Positions 1 through 12,048 of a stretch of 64,000 bases of DNA are shown in pieces. The notes beneath the pieces were generated by a model. It saw nothing but the letters and a program-made list of their open reading frames with translations, ran no database searches and was not told the DNA's origin. The stretch's first letter is position 1. Every line of letters begins with the position of its first letter. A program made the position numbers and the translations under genes. The stretch comes from Camelus dromedarius (Eukaryota), in NCBI RefSeq assembly GCF_036321535.1, contig NC_087436.1:3348001-3412000 (forward strand), written 5' to 3'.

Positions 1-2918
1 AAAGAAATTTTGTGTTCCCAACATGTTATGTGAAGGACCGCTTTCACACACAATTTTCTCTCAAAACTGAGCATGTGGAGAGACGTTCGTTTATCTAGCA
101 CAAAGGGAAAGGGTTGAAGGAGAAACTATTACCTTGGTTTCTCAGTCTGTTTCCTAGTGCCGGTTTGAAGTTCCTGCAGTATTCACTGTAAAACCGAGTT
201 GGAACTAGTACCTCCCCATATATATGTATGGGGTGGAGTTTGCAACTGAAAAGAAACTTTGTGTTCCCAACAAGCTAGGTGAAAGACGGCTTTCATACTC
301 ACTTATCTCTCAGAACTGAGCATGTGTAGAGACGTTCGTACATCTAGCACAAATGGAACGGTTTGCAGGGGAAACTTTTACTCTGGTTTCTCAGTCTGTT
401 TCCTACTGCCGGTTTGTTGTTCCTGCAGTTTCACTGTAAAACCGAGTTGGAGCTAGTACCTCCCCATATATATATATGGAGTGGGGTTTGAAACTGAAAA
501 GAAACTTTGTGTTCCCAACAATCTAGGTGAAGGACAGCTTTCACACACACTTATCACTCAGAACTGAGCATGTGGAGAGAAGATCTTTCATCTAGCACAA
601 AGGGAACGGGTTGCAGGAGAAACTTTTACTTTGGTTTCTCAGTCTGTTTCCTAGTGCCGGTTTGAAGTTCCTGCAGTTTTCTCAGTAAAACCGAGTTGGA
701 GCTAGTACCTCCCCATAAAAACGTATGGAGTGGAGTTTGCAACTGAAAAAAAACTTTGTGTTCCCAACAAGCTAGATGAAAGACGGCTTTCACACACACT
801 TATCTCTCAGAAATGAGCATCTAGAGGGACGTTCTTTCATCTAGCAAAAAGGGAACGGGTTGCAGGGGAAAATTTTACTCTGGTTTCTCAGTCTTTTTCC
901 TAGTGAAGGTTTTAAGTTAATGCAGTTTTCACTGTAAAACCGAGTTGCAGCTACTACCTCCACATATATATGTAGGATTGGAGTTTGCAACTGAAAAGAA
1001 TCTATGTGTTCCCAACAATCAATGTGAAGGACGGCTTTCACACACACTTATCTCTCAGAACTGAGCATGTGGAGAGACTTTCGTTCATCTAGCACAAAGG
1101 GATCGGGTTGCAGGAGATACTTTTACTCTGGTTTCTCAGTCTGTTTCCTAGTGCCGGTTTGAAGTTCCTGCAGTTTTCACTGTAAAACCGAGTTGGAGCT
1201 AGTACGTCCCCATATATATGTATGGAGTGGAGTTTGCAACTGAATAGAAACTTTGTGTTCCCAACAAGCTAGTTGAAGAACGGCTTTCACAACACATTTC
1301 TCTCAGAACTGAGCATGTGGAGAGACGTTCGTTCATCTAGTACAAAGAGAACGGGTTGCAAGAGAAAGTTTTACTCTGGTTTCTCAGTCTGTTTCCTAGT
1401 GCCGGGTTGAAGTTCCTGCAGTTTTCACAGCAATAACGAGTTGGAGCTTGTACCTCCCCATATATATGTATGGAGTGGGGTTTGCAACTGAAAAGAATCT
1501 TTGTGTTCCCAACAAGCTATGTGAAGTACGGCTTTCACACACACTTATCTCTCAGAACTGGACATGGGGAGAGACTTTCGTTCATCTATCACAAATGGAA
1601 TGGGTTGCAGGTGAAACTTTTACTCTGGTTTCTCAGTCTGTTTCCTAGTGCCGGTTTGAAGTTCCTGCAGTTTTCACTGTAAAACCGAGTTGGAGCTAGT
1701 ACCTCCCCATATATATGTTGGAGTGGAGTTAGCAACTGAAAAGAAACTATGTGTTCCCAACAAGCTATGTGAAGGGCGGCTTTCACACACACTTATCTCT
1801 CAGAAATGAGCATGTGGAGAGACGTTCGTTCATCTAGCACAAAGGGAACGGGTTGCAGGAGAAACTTTTACTTTCGTTTCTCAGTCTGTTTCCTACTGCC
1901 GGTTTGAAGTTCCTGCAGTTTTCTCAGTAAAACCGAGTTGGAGCTAGAACCTCCTCATAAAAACTTATAGAGTGGAGTTTGCAACTGAAAAGAAACTTTG
2001 TGTTCCCAACACACTAGGTGAAGGACGGCTTTCACACACACTTATCTCTCAGAAATGAGCATGTGGAGAGCCGTTCGTTCATCTAGCAAAAAGGGAAAGG
2101 GTTGCAGGAGAAACATTTACTCTGGTTTCTCAGTCTGTTTCCTAGTGCCGATTTGAAGTTCCTGCAGTTTTCACTGTAAAACCGAGTTGGAGCTTGTAAC
2201 TCCCCATATATATGTATGAAGTGGGATTTGCAACTGAAAAGAAACTTTGTGTTTCCAACAAGCTAGGTGAAGGACGGCGTTCACACACATTTATCTCTCA
2301 GAACTGAGCATGTGGAGAGACGTTCGTTCATCTAGCACAAAGGGAACGGATTGCAGGAGAAACTTTTACTCTGGTTTCTCAGTCTGTTTCCTAGTGCTGG
2401 TTTGAAGTTCCTGCAGTTTTCACTGTAAAACCGAGTTGGAGCTAGTACCTCCCCATATATATGTATGGAGTGGAGTTTGCAACTGAAAAGAAACTTTGTG
2501 TTCCCAACAAGCTAGGTGAAGGACGGCTTCCACACACACTTATCTCTCAGAACACAGCATGTGGAGAGACGTTCGTTCATCTAGCACAAAGGGAACGGGT
2601 TGCAGGAGAAACTTTTACTCTGGTTTCTCAGTCTGTTTCCTAGTGCCGGTTTGAATTTCCTGCAGTTTTCACTGTAAAACCGAGTTGGAGCTAGTACCTC
2701 CCCATATATATGTATGGAGTGGAGTTTGCAACTGAAAAGAAACTTTGTGTTCCCAACAAGCTAGGTGAAGGACGGCTTTCACACACAGTTATCTCTCAGA
2801 ACTAAGCATGTGGAGAGACGTTCGTTCATCTAGCACAAAGGGAACGGGTTGCAGGAGAAACTTTTACTCTGGTTTCTCAGTCTGTTTCCTAGTGCCGGTT
2901 TGAAGTTCCTGCAGTTTT
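1..2918 (+). repeat. Copy 1 of a near-identical block repeated at 8954-11872 (36-monomer offset)
   Basis: The rare string AAAGAAATTTTGTGTTCCCAACATGTTATG occurs at 1 and 8954. ORF pairs 841/9794, 1448/10402, 1589/10543 and 2461/11415 give an offset of 8953-8954. Confidence 0.95.
2401..2649 (+). repeat. Representative near-consensus monomer (249 bp, one PstI site CTGCAG, four CTAG)
   Basis: Differs from the consensus at only about 3 positions (CTTCC for CTTTC, AACACAG for AACTGAG). The next monomer starts at 2650. Confidence 0.95.
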
Positions 2919-5900
2919 CTCAGTAAAACCGAGTTGGAGCTAGTACCTCCCCATATAAACGTATGGAGTGGAGTTTGCAACTGAAAAAAAACTTTGTGTT
3001 CCCAACAAGCTAGATGAAGTACGGCTTTCACACACACTTATCTCTCAGAATTGAGCATCTAGAGGGACGTTCTTTCATCTAGCACAAAGGGAACGGGTTG
3101 CAGGGGAAAATTTTACACTGGTTTCTCAGTCTTTTTCCTAGTGAAGGTTTGAAGTTCCTGCAGTTTTCACTGTAAAACCGTGTTGGAGAGAGTAACTCCC
3201 CATGTATATGTATGGAGTGGAGTTTGCAACTGAAAAGAAACTTTGTGTTCCCAAGGAGCTAGGTGAAGGACGGCTTTCACACACACTTATCTCTCAGAAC
3301 TGAGCATGTGGAGAGAGGTTCGTTCATCTAGCACAAATGGAACGGTTTGCAGGAGAAACTTTTACTCTGGTTTCTCAGTCTGTTTCCTAGTGCCGGTTTG
3401 AAGTTCCTGCAGTTTTCACTGTAAAATCGAGTTGGAGCTAGTTCCTCCAAATATATATGTATGGAGTGGAGTTTGCAAGTGAAAGGAAACTTTGTGTTCC
3501 CAATAAGCTAGGTGAAGTACAGCTTTCACACACACTTATCTCTCAGAACTGAGCATGTGGAGAGACGTTCGTACATCTAGCACAAAGGGAACGGGTTGCA
3601 GGAGAAACTTTTACTCTGGTTTCTCAGTCTGTTTCCTAGTTCCGGTTTGAAGTTCCTGCAGTTTTCACTGTAAAACCGAGGTGCAGCTAGTACCTCCACT
3701 TATATATGTAGGAGTGGAGTTTGCAACTGAAAAGAAACTATGTGTTCCCAACAATCAATGTGAAGGACGGCTTTCACACACACTTATCTCTCAGAACTGA
3801 GCATGTGGAGATACTTTCGTTCATCTAGCAGAAAGGGAACGGGTTGCAGGAGATACTTTTACTCTGGTTTCTCAGTCTGTTTCCTAGTGCCGGTTTGAAG
3901 TTCCTGCAGTTTTCACTGTAAAACCGAGTTGGAGCTAGTACCTCCCCATATATATGTATGGATTGGAGTTTGCAACTGAAAAGAAACTTTGTGTTCCCAA
4001 CAAGCTAGTTGAAGGACGGCTTTCACACACACATTTCTCTCAGAACTGAGCATGTGGAGAGACGTTCGTTCATCTAGCACAAAGGGAACGGGTTGCAGGA
4101 GAAACTTTTACTCTGGTTTCTCAGTCTGTTTCCTAGTGCCGGGTTGAAGTTCCTGCAGTTATCACAGCAATAACGAGTTGGAGCTTGTACCTCCCCATAT
4201 ATATGTATGGAGTGGGGTTTGCAACTGAAAAGAATCTTTGTGTTCCCAACAAGCTATGTGAAGGACGGCTTCACACACACTTATCTCTCAGAACTGGACA
4301 TGGGGAGAAACGTTCGTTCATCTATCACAAATGGAATGGGTTGCAGGAGAAAGTTTTACTCTGGTTTCTCAGTCTGTTTCCTAGTGCCGGTTTGAAGTTC
4401 CTGCAGTTTTCACTGTAAAACCGAGTTGGAGCTAGTACCTCCCCATATATATGTATGGAGTGGAGTTTGCAACTGAAAAGAAACTATGTGTTCCCAACAA
4501 GCTATGTGAAGGTCGGCTTTCACACACACTTATCTCTCAGAACTGAGCATGTAGAGAGACGTTCGTTCATCTAGCACAAAGGGAACGGGTTACAGGAGAA
4601 ACTTTTACTTTGGATTCTCAGTCTGTTTCCTAGTGCCGGTTTGAAGTTCCTGCAGTTTTCTCAGTAAAACCGAGTTGGAGCTACTACCTCCCCATAAAAA
4701 CGTATGGAGTGGAGTTTGCAACTGAAAAAAAACTTTGTGTTCCCAACAAGCCAAATGAAGGACGGCTTTCACACACACTTATCTCTCAGAAATGAGCATC
4801 TAGAGGGACGTTCTTTCATCTAGCAAAAAGGGAACGGGTTACAGGGGAAAATTTTTCTCTGGTTTCTCAGTCTTTTTCCTAGTGAAGGTTTGAAGTTCCT
4901 GCAGTTTTCACTGTAAAACCGTGTTGGAGATAGTAACTCCCCATATATATGTATGGAGTGGTGTTTGCAACTGAAAAGAAACTTTGTGTTCCCAAGAAGC
5001 TAGGTGAAGTACGGCTTTCACACACACTTATCTCTCAGAACTGAGCATGTTGAGAGACGTTCGTTCATCTAGCACAAATGGAACGGGTCGCAGGAGAAAC
5101 ATTTACTCTGGTTTCTCAGTCTGTTTCCTAGTGCCGGTTTGAAGTTCCTGCAGTTTTCACTGTAAAATCGAGTTTGAGCTAGTTCCTCCCCATATATATG
5201 TATGGAGTGGAGTTTGCAACTGAAAAGAAACTATGTGTTCCCAACAAGCTATGTGAAGGACGGCTTTCACACACTTTAATCTCTCAGAACTGAGCATGTG
5301 GAGAGACTTTCGTTCATCTAGCACAAAGGGAACGGGTTGCAGGAGAAACTTTTACTCTGGTTTCTCAGTCTGTTTCCTAGTGCCGGGTTGAAGTTCCTGC
5401 AGATATCACTGTAAAACCGATTTGGAGCTAGTACCTCCCCATATAAATGTATGGAGTGGAATTTGCAACTGAAAAGAAACTTTGTGTTCCCAACAAGGTA
5501 GTTGAAGGCGGCTTTCACACACACTTATCTCTCAGAACTGAGCATGTGGAGAGACGTTCGTTCATCTAGCACAAAGGGAATGGGTTGCAGGAGAAAGTTT
5601 TACTCTGGTTTCTCAGTCTGTTTCCTAGTTCCGGTTTGAAGTTCCTGCAGTTTTCACTGTAAAACCGAGTTGGAGCTAGTTCCTCCCCATATATATGTAT
5701 GGAGTGGAGTTTGCAACTGAAAAGAAACTTTGTGTTCCCAACAAGCTAGGTGAAGTACGGCTTTCACACACACGTAAATCTTAGAACTGATCATGTGGAG
5801 AGACGTTCGTACATCAAGCACAAATGAAACGGGTTGCAGGAGAAACTTTTACTCTGGTTTCTCAGTCTGTTTCCTAGTGCCGGTTTGAAGTTCCTACAGT

Positions 5901-8900
5901 TTTCACTGTAAAACCGAGTTGGAACATGTACCTCCCCATATATATGTACGGAGTGGAGTTGGCAACTGAAAAGAAACTTTGTGTTCGCAACAAGCTAGGT
6001 GAAGGACGGCTTTCACACACATTTATCTCTCAGAACTGAGCCTGTGGAGAGAAATTCATTCATCTAGCACAAATGGAACGGGTTGCAGGGGAAAATTTTA
6101 CTCTGGTTTCTCAGTCTGTTTCTAAGTGCCGGTTTGAAGTTCCTGCAGATATCACTGTAAAACAGATTTGGAGCTAGTACCTCCCCATATAATTGTATGG
6201 AGTGGAGTTTGCAACTGAAAAGAAACTTTGTGTTCCCAACAAGATATGTGAAGGACGGCTTTCACACACATTTATCTCTCAGAACTGAGCATGTAGAGAG
6301 ACGTTCGTTCATCTAGCACAAAGGGAACGGGTTGCAGGAGAAACTTTTACTCTGGTTTCTCAGTCTGTTTCCTAGTGCCGGTCTGATGTTCCTGCAGTTT
6401 TCACTGTAAAACCGTGTTAGAGCTAGTACCTACCCATATATATGTATGGAGTGGAGTTTGCAACTGAAAAGAAACTTTGTGTTCCCAACAAGCTAGGTGA
6501 AGGACGGCTTTCATAAACACATATCTCTCATAACAGAGCATGTGTAAAGACGTTCGTACATCTAGCACAAATGGAACGGTTTGCAGGGGAAACTTTTACT
6601 CTGGTTTCTCAGTCTGTTTCCTACTGCCGGTTTGATGTTCCTGCAGTTTTCACTGTAAAACCGTGTTGGAGCTAGTAAATCCCCATATATATGTATGGAG
6701 TGGAGTTTGCAACTGAGAAGAAACTTTGTGTTCCCAACAAGCTAGGTGAAGGACGGCTTTCACACACACTTATCTCTCAGAACTGAGCATGTTTAGAGAC
6801 GTTCGTTCATCTAGCACAAAGTGTATGGGTTGCCGGAGAAACTTTTACTCTGGTTTCTCATTCTGTTTCCTAGTGCCGGTTTGAAGTTCCTGCAGTTATC
6901 ACTGTAAAACTGAGATGGAGCTAGTACCTGCCCATATATATGTATGGAGTGGAGTTTGCAACTGAAAAGAAACTTTGTGTTCCCAACAAGCTAGGTGAAA
7001 GATGGCTTTCACACACATTTATCTCTCAGAAATGAGCATGTGGAGAGAAGTTCGTTCATCTAGCACAAAGGGAACGGGTTGCAGGGGAACTTTTACTCTG
7101 GTTTCACAGTCTGTTTCCTAGTGCCGGTTTGAAGTTACTGCAGTTTTCACTGTAAAGCAAATTTGGGGCTAGTTGTTCCCCATATAAATGTATGGAGTGG
7201 GGTTTGAAACTGAAAAGAAACTTTGTGTTCCCAACAATCTAGGTAAAGGACGGCTTTCACACACACTTATCTCTCAGAACTGAGCATGTGGAAAGACGTT
7301 CGTTCATCTAGCACAAAGGGAACGGATACAGGAGAAACTTTTACTCTGGTTTCTCAATCTGTTTCCTAGTGCCGGTTTGAAGTTCCTGCAGTTTTCACTG
7401 TAAAACCGAGTTGGAGCTAGAACCTCCCCATATATATGTATGGAGTGGAGTTAGCAAATGAAAAGAAGCTTTGTGTTCCCAACAAGCTAGGTGAAGGACG
7501 GCTTTCACACACACTTATCTCTCAGAACTGAGCATGTGGAGAGACATTCGTTCATCTAGCACAAAGGGAACGGGATGAAGGAGAAACTTTTACTCTGGTT
7601 TGTCAGTCTGTTTCCTAGTGCCGGTTTGAAGTTCCTGCAGTTTTCACTGTAAAACCGAGTTGGAGCTAGTACCTCCCCATATATATGTATGGATTGGAGT
7701 TTGCAAGTGAAAAGGAACTTTGTGTTCCCAACAATCTAGGTGAAGGACGACTTTCACACACACTTATCTCTCAGAACAGAGCATGTGTAGAGACGTTCTT
7801 TCATATAGCACAAAGGGAACGGCTGGCAGGAGAAACTGTTACTCTGGTTTCTCAGTCTGTTTCCTAGTGCCGGTTTGAAGTTCCTGCAGTTTTCTCAATA
7901 AAACCGAGTTGGAGCTAGTACCTCCCCATATAAACGTATGGAGTGGGGTTTGCAACTGAAAAAAAACTTTGTGTTCCCAACAAGCTAGATGAAGGACGGC
8001 TTTCACACACACATATCTCTCAGAACTGAGCATGTGGAGAGACGTTCGTTCATCTAGCAAAAAGGGAACGGGTTGCAGGAGAAACTTTTACTCTGGTTTC
8101 TCAGACTTTTTCTAGTGCCAGTTTGTAGTTCCTGCAGATATCACTGTAAAACCGCGTTGGAGCTTGTACCTCCCCATATATATGTATGGAGTGGAGTTTT
8201 CAACTGAAAACAAACTTTGTGTTCCCAACAAGCTAGGTTAAGGACGGCTTTCAAACATACTTATCTCTCAGAAATGAGCATCTGGAGGGACGTTATTTCA
8301 TCTAGCACAAATTGAACGGTTTGCAGGGGAAAATTTTACTCTGTTTTCTCAAGTCTGTTTCCAAGTGAAGGTTTGATGTTCCTGCAGTTTTCACTATAAA
8401 ACCGTGTTGGAGCTAGTAACTCCCCATATATATTTATGGAGTGGAGTTTGAAACTGAAAAGAAACTATGTGTTCCCAACAAGCTATGTGAAGGACGGCAT
8501 TCACACACACTTATCTCTCAGAACTGAGCATGTGGAGAGACGTTCGTTCATCTAGCACAAAGGGAACGGGTTGCAGGAGAAACTTTTACTCTGGTTTCTC
8601 AGTCTGTTTCCTAGTGCCGGTTTGAAGTTCCTGCAGTTTTCAATGTAAAACCGTGTTGGAGCTAGCACGTCCACATATAGATGTATGGAGTGGAGTTGGC
8701 AACTGAAAAGAAACTTTGTTTTCCCAACAAGCTTTGAAGGAAGGCTTTCACACACACTTTTCTCTCAGAACTGAGCATGTGGAGAGACGTTCGTTCTTCT
8801 AGCACAAAGGGAACGGGATGCAGGGGAAACTTATACTCTGGTTTCTCAGTCTGTTTCCTAGTGCCGTTTTGAAGTTCCTGCAGATATCACTGTAAAACCG

Positions 8901-8953
8901 ATTTGGAGCTAGTACCTCCCCATATAAATATATGGATTGCAGTTTGCAACTGA

Positions 8954-11872
8954 AAAGAAATTTTGTGTTCCCAACATGTTATGTGAAGGACCGCTTTCAC
9001 ACACAATTTTCTCTCAAAACTGAGCATGTGGAGAGACGTTCGTTTATCTAGCACAAAGGGAAAGGGTTGAAGGAGAAACTATTACCTTGGTTTCTCAGTC
9101 TGTTTCCTAGTGCCGGTTTGAAGTTCCTGCAGTATTCACTGTAAAACCGAGTTGGAACTAGTACCTCCCCATATATATGTATGGGGTGGAGTTTGCAACT
9201 GAAAAGAAACTTTGTGTTCCCAACAAGCTAGGTGAAAGACGGCTTTCATACTCACTTATCTCTCAGAACTGAGCATGTGTAGAGACGTTCGTACATCTAG
9301 CACAAATGGAACGGTTTGCAGGGGAAACTTTTACTCTGGTTTCTCAGTCTGTTTCCTACTGCCGGTTTGTTGTTCCTGCAGTTTCACTGTAAAACCGAGT
9401 TGGAGCTAGTACCTCCCCATATATATATATGGAGTGGGGTTTGAAACTGAAAAGAAACTTTGTGTTCCCAACAATCTAGGTGAAGGACAGCTTTCACACA
9501 CACTTATCACTCAGAACTGAGCATGTGGAGAGAAGATCTTTCATCTAGCACAAAGGGAACGGGTTGCAGGAGAAACTTTTACTTTGGTTTCTCAGTCTGT
9601 TTCCTAGTGCCGGTTTGAAGTTCCTGCAGTTTTCTCAGTAAAACCGAGTTGGAGCTAGTACCTCCCCATAAAAACGTATGGAGTGGAGTTTGCAACTGAA
9701 AAAAAACTTTGTGTTCCCAACAAGCTAGATGAAAGACGGCTTTCACACACACTTATCTCTCAGAAATGAGCATCTAGAGGGACGTTCTTTCATCTAGCAA
9801 AAAGGGAACGGGTTGCAGGGGAAAATTTTACTCTGGTTTCTCAGTCTTTTTCCTAGTGAAGGTTTTAAGTTAATGCAGTTTTCACTGTAAAACCGAGTTG
9901 CAGCTACTACCTCCACATATATATGTAGGATTGGAGTTTGCAACTGAAAAGAAACTATGTGTTCCCAACAATCAATGTGAAGGACGGCTTTCACACACAC
10001 TTATCTCTCAGAACTGAGCATGTGGAGAGACTTTCGTTCATCTAGCACAAAGGGATCGGGTTGCAGGAGATACTTTTACTCTGGTTTCTCAGTCTGTTTC
10101 CTAGTGCCGGTTTGAAGTTCCTGCAGTTTTCACTGTAAAACCGAGTTGGAGCTAGTACGTCCCCATATATATGTATGGAGTGGAGTTTGCAACTGAATAG
10201 AAACTTTGTGTTCCCAACAAGCTAGTTGAAGAACGGCTTTCACACACACATTTCTCTCAGAACTGAGCATGTGGAGAGACGTTCGTTCATCTAGTACAAA
10301 GAGAACGGGTTGCAAGAGAAAGTTTTACTCTGGTTTCTCAGTCTGTTTCCTAGTGCCGGGTTGAAGTTCCTGCAGTTTTCACAGCAATAACGAGTTGGAG
10401 CTTGTACCTCCCCATATATATGTATGGAGTGGGGTTTGCAACTGAAAAGAATCTTTGTGTTCCCAACAAGCTATGTGAAGTACGGCTTTCACACACACTT
10501 ATCTCTCAGAACTGGACATGGGGAGAGACGTTCGTTCATCTATCACAAATGGAATGGGTTGCAGGTGAAACTTTTACTCTGGTTTCTCAGTCTGTTTCCT
10601 AGTGCCGGTTTGAAGTTCCTGCAGTTTTCACTGTAAAACCGAGTTGGAGCTAGTACCTCCCCATATATATGTTGGAGTGGAGTTAGCAACTGAAAAGAAA
10701 CTATGTGTTCCCAACAAGCTATGTGAAGGGCGGCTTTCACACACACTTATCTCTCAGAAATGAGCATGTGGAGAGACGTTCGTTCATCTAGCACAAAGGG
10801 AACGGGTTGCAGGAGAAACTTTTACTTTCGTTTCTCAGTCTGTTTCCTACTGCCGGTTTGAAGTTCCTGCAGTTTTCTCAGTAAAACCGAGTTGGAGCTA
10901 GAACCTCCTCATAAAAACTTATAGAGTGGAGTTTGCAACTGAAAAGAAACTTTGTGTTCCCAACACACTAGGTGAAGGACGGCTTTCACACACACTTATC
11001 TCTCAGAAATGAGCATGTGGAGAGCCGTTCGTTCATCTAGCAAAAAGGGAAAGGGTTGCAGGAGAAACATTTACTCTGGTTTCTCAGTCTGTTTCCTAGT
11101 GCCGATTTGAAGTTCCTGCAGTTTTCACTGTAAAACCGAGTTGGAGCTTGTAACTCCCCATATATATGTATGAAGTGGGATTTGCAACTGAAAAGAAACT
11201 TTGTGTTTCCAACAAGCTAGGTGAAGGACGGCGTTCACACACATTTATCTCTCAGAACTGAGCATGTGGAGAGACGTTCGTTCATCTAGCACAAAGGGAA
11301 CGGATTGCAGGAGAAACTTTTACTCTGGTTTCTCAGTCTGTTTCCTAGTGCTGGTTTGAAGTTCCTGCAGTTTTCACTGTAAAACCGAGTTGGAGCTAGT
11401 ACCTCCCCATATATATGTATGGAGTGGAGTTTGCAACTGAAAAGAAACTTTGTGTTCCCAACAAGCTAGGTGAAGGACGGCTTCCACACACACTTATCTC
11501 TCAGAACACAGCATGTGGAGAGACGTTCGTTCATCTAGCACAAAGGGAACGGGTTGCAGGAGAAACTTTTACTCTGGTTTCTCAGTCTGTTTCCTAGTGC
11601 CGGTTTGAATTTCCTGCAGTTTTCACTGTAAAACCGAGTTGGAGCTAGTACCTCCCCATATATATGTATGGAGTGGAGTTTGCAACTGAAAAGAAACTTT
11701 GTGTTCCCAACAAGCTAGGTGAAGGACGGCTTTCACACACAGTTATCTCTCAGAACTAAGCATGTGGAGAGACGTTCGTTCATCTAGCACAAAGGGAACG
11801 GGTTGCAGGAGAAACTTTTACTCTGGTTTCTCAGTCTGTTTCCTAGTGCCGGTTTGAAGTTCCTGCAGTTTT
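8954..11872 (+). repeat. Copy 2 of the 36-monomer-offset duplication
   Basis: Shares private variants with 1-2918; I found about 3 differences (near 1001, a 1-bp indel near 1291, near 1576). The match ends where copy 1 reads TTCTCAGTAAAA and copy 2 reads TTCACTGTAAAA. Confidence 0.93.
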
Positions 11873-11951
11873 CACTGTAAAACCGAGTTGGAGCTAGTAC
11901 TTCCCCACATATATGTATGCAGAGGAATTTGCAAATGAAAAGAATCATTGT

Positions 11952-12048
11952 GTTCCCAACAAGCTAGGTGAAGGACGGCTTTCACACACATTTATCTCTC
12001 AGAACTGAGCATGTGGAGAGACGTTCGTTCATCTAGCACAAAGGGAAC
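11952..12048. other. Example of the ~97 bp imperfect inverted repeat present in every monomer
   Basis: Left arm GTTCCCAACAAGCTAGGTGAAGGACGGCTTTCACAC; right arm GTGGAGAGACGTTCGTTCATCTAGCACAAAGGGAAC. About 26 of 37 aligned columns are complementary by hand alignment. The loop contains CTCAG-AA-CTGAG. Confidence 0.7.

Noticed and set aside
2455..2540. (TA)n and (CA)n microsatellites
   Set aside because: They are only 4-6 units long and are fixed parts of the monomer, not independently expanding loci.
2401..2649. Tandem RNA gene cluster (5S rRNA, tRNA, snRNA) or SINE-derived unit
   Set aside because: I see no recognisable 5S or U-snRNA sequence and no cloverleaf. GTTCGTTCA does not fit the Pol III B box GTTCRANNC. 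An Rfam/Infernal and tRNAscan-SE run would settle this.
2401..2649. Internal sub-repeat (e.g. 3 x 83 bp or 2 x ~125 bp) as the origin of the monomer
   Set aside because: Short echoes exist (TTGCA..GAAACTTT twice about 118 bp apart, TCTCAG twice about 81 bp apart, four CTAG at 70/69/59/51 bp spacing), but the spacings are inconsistent and I could not extend an alignment.
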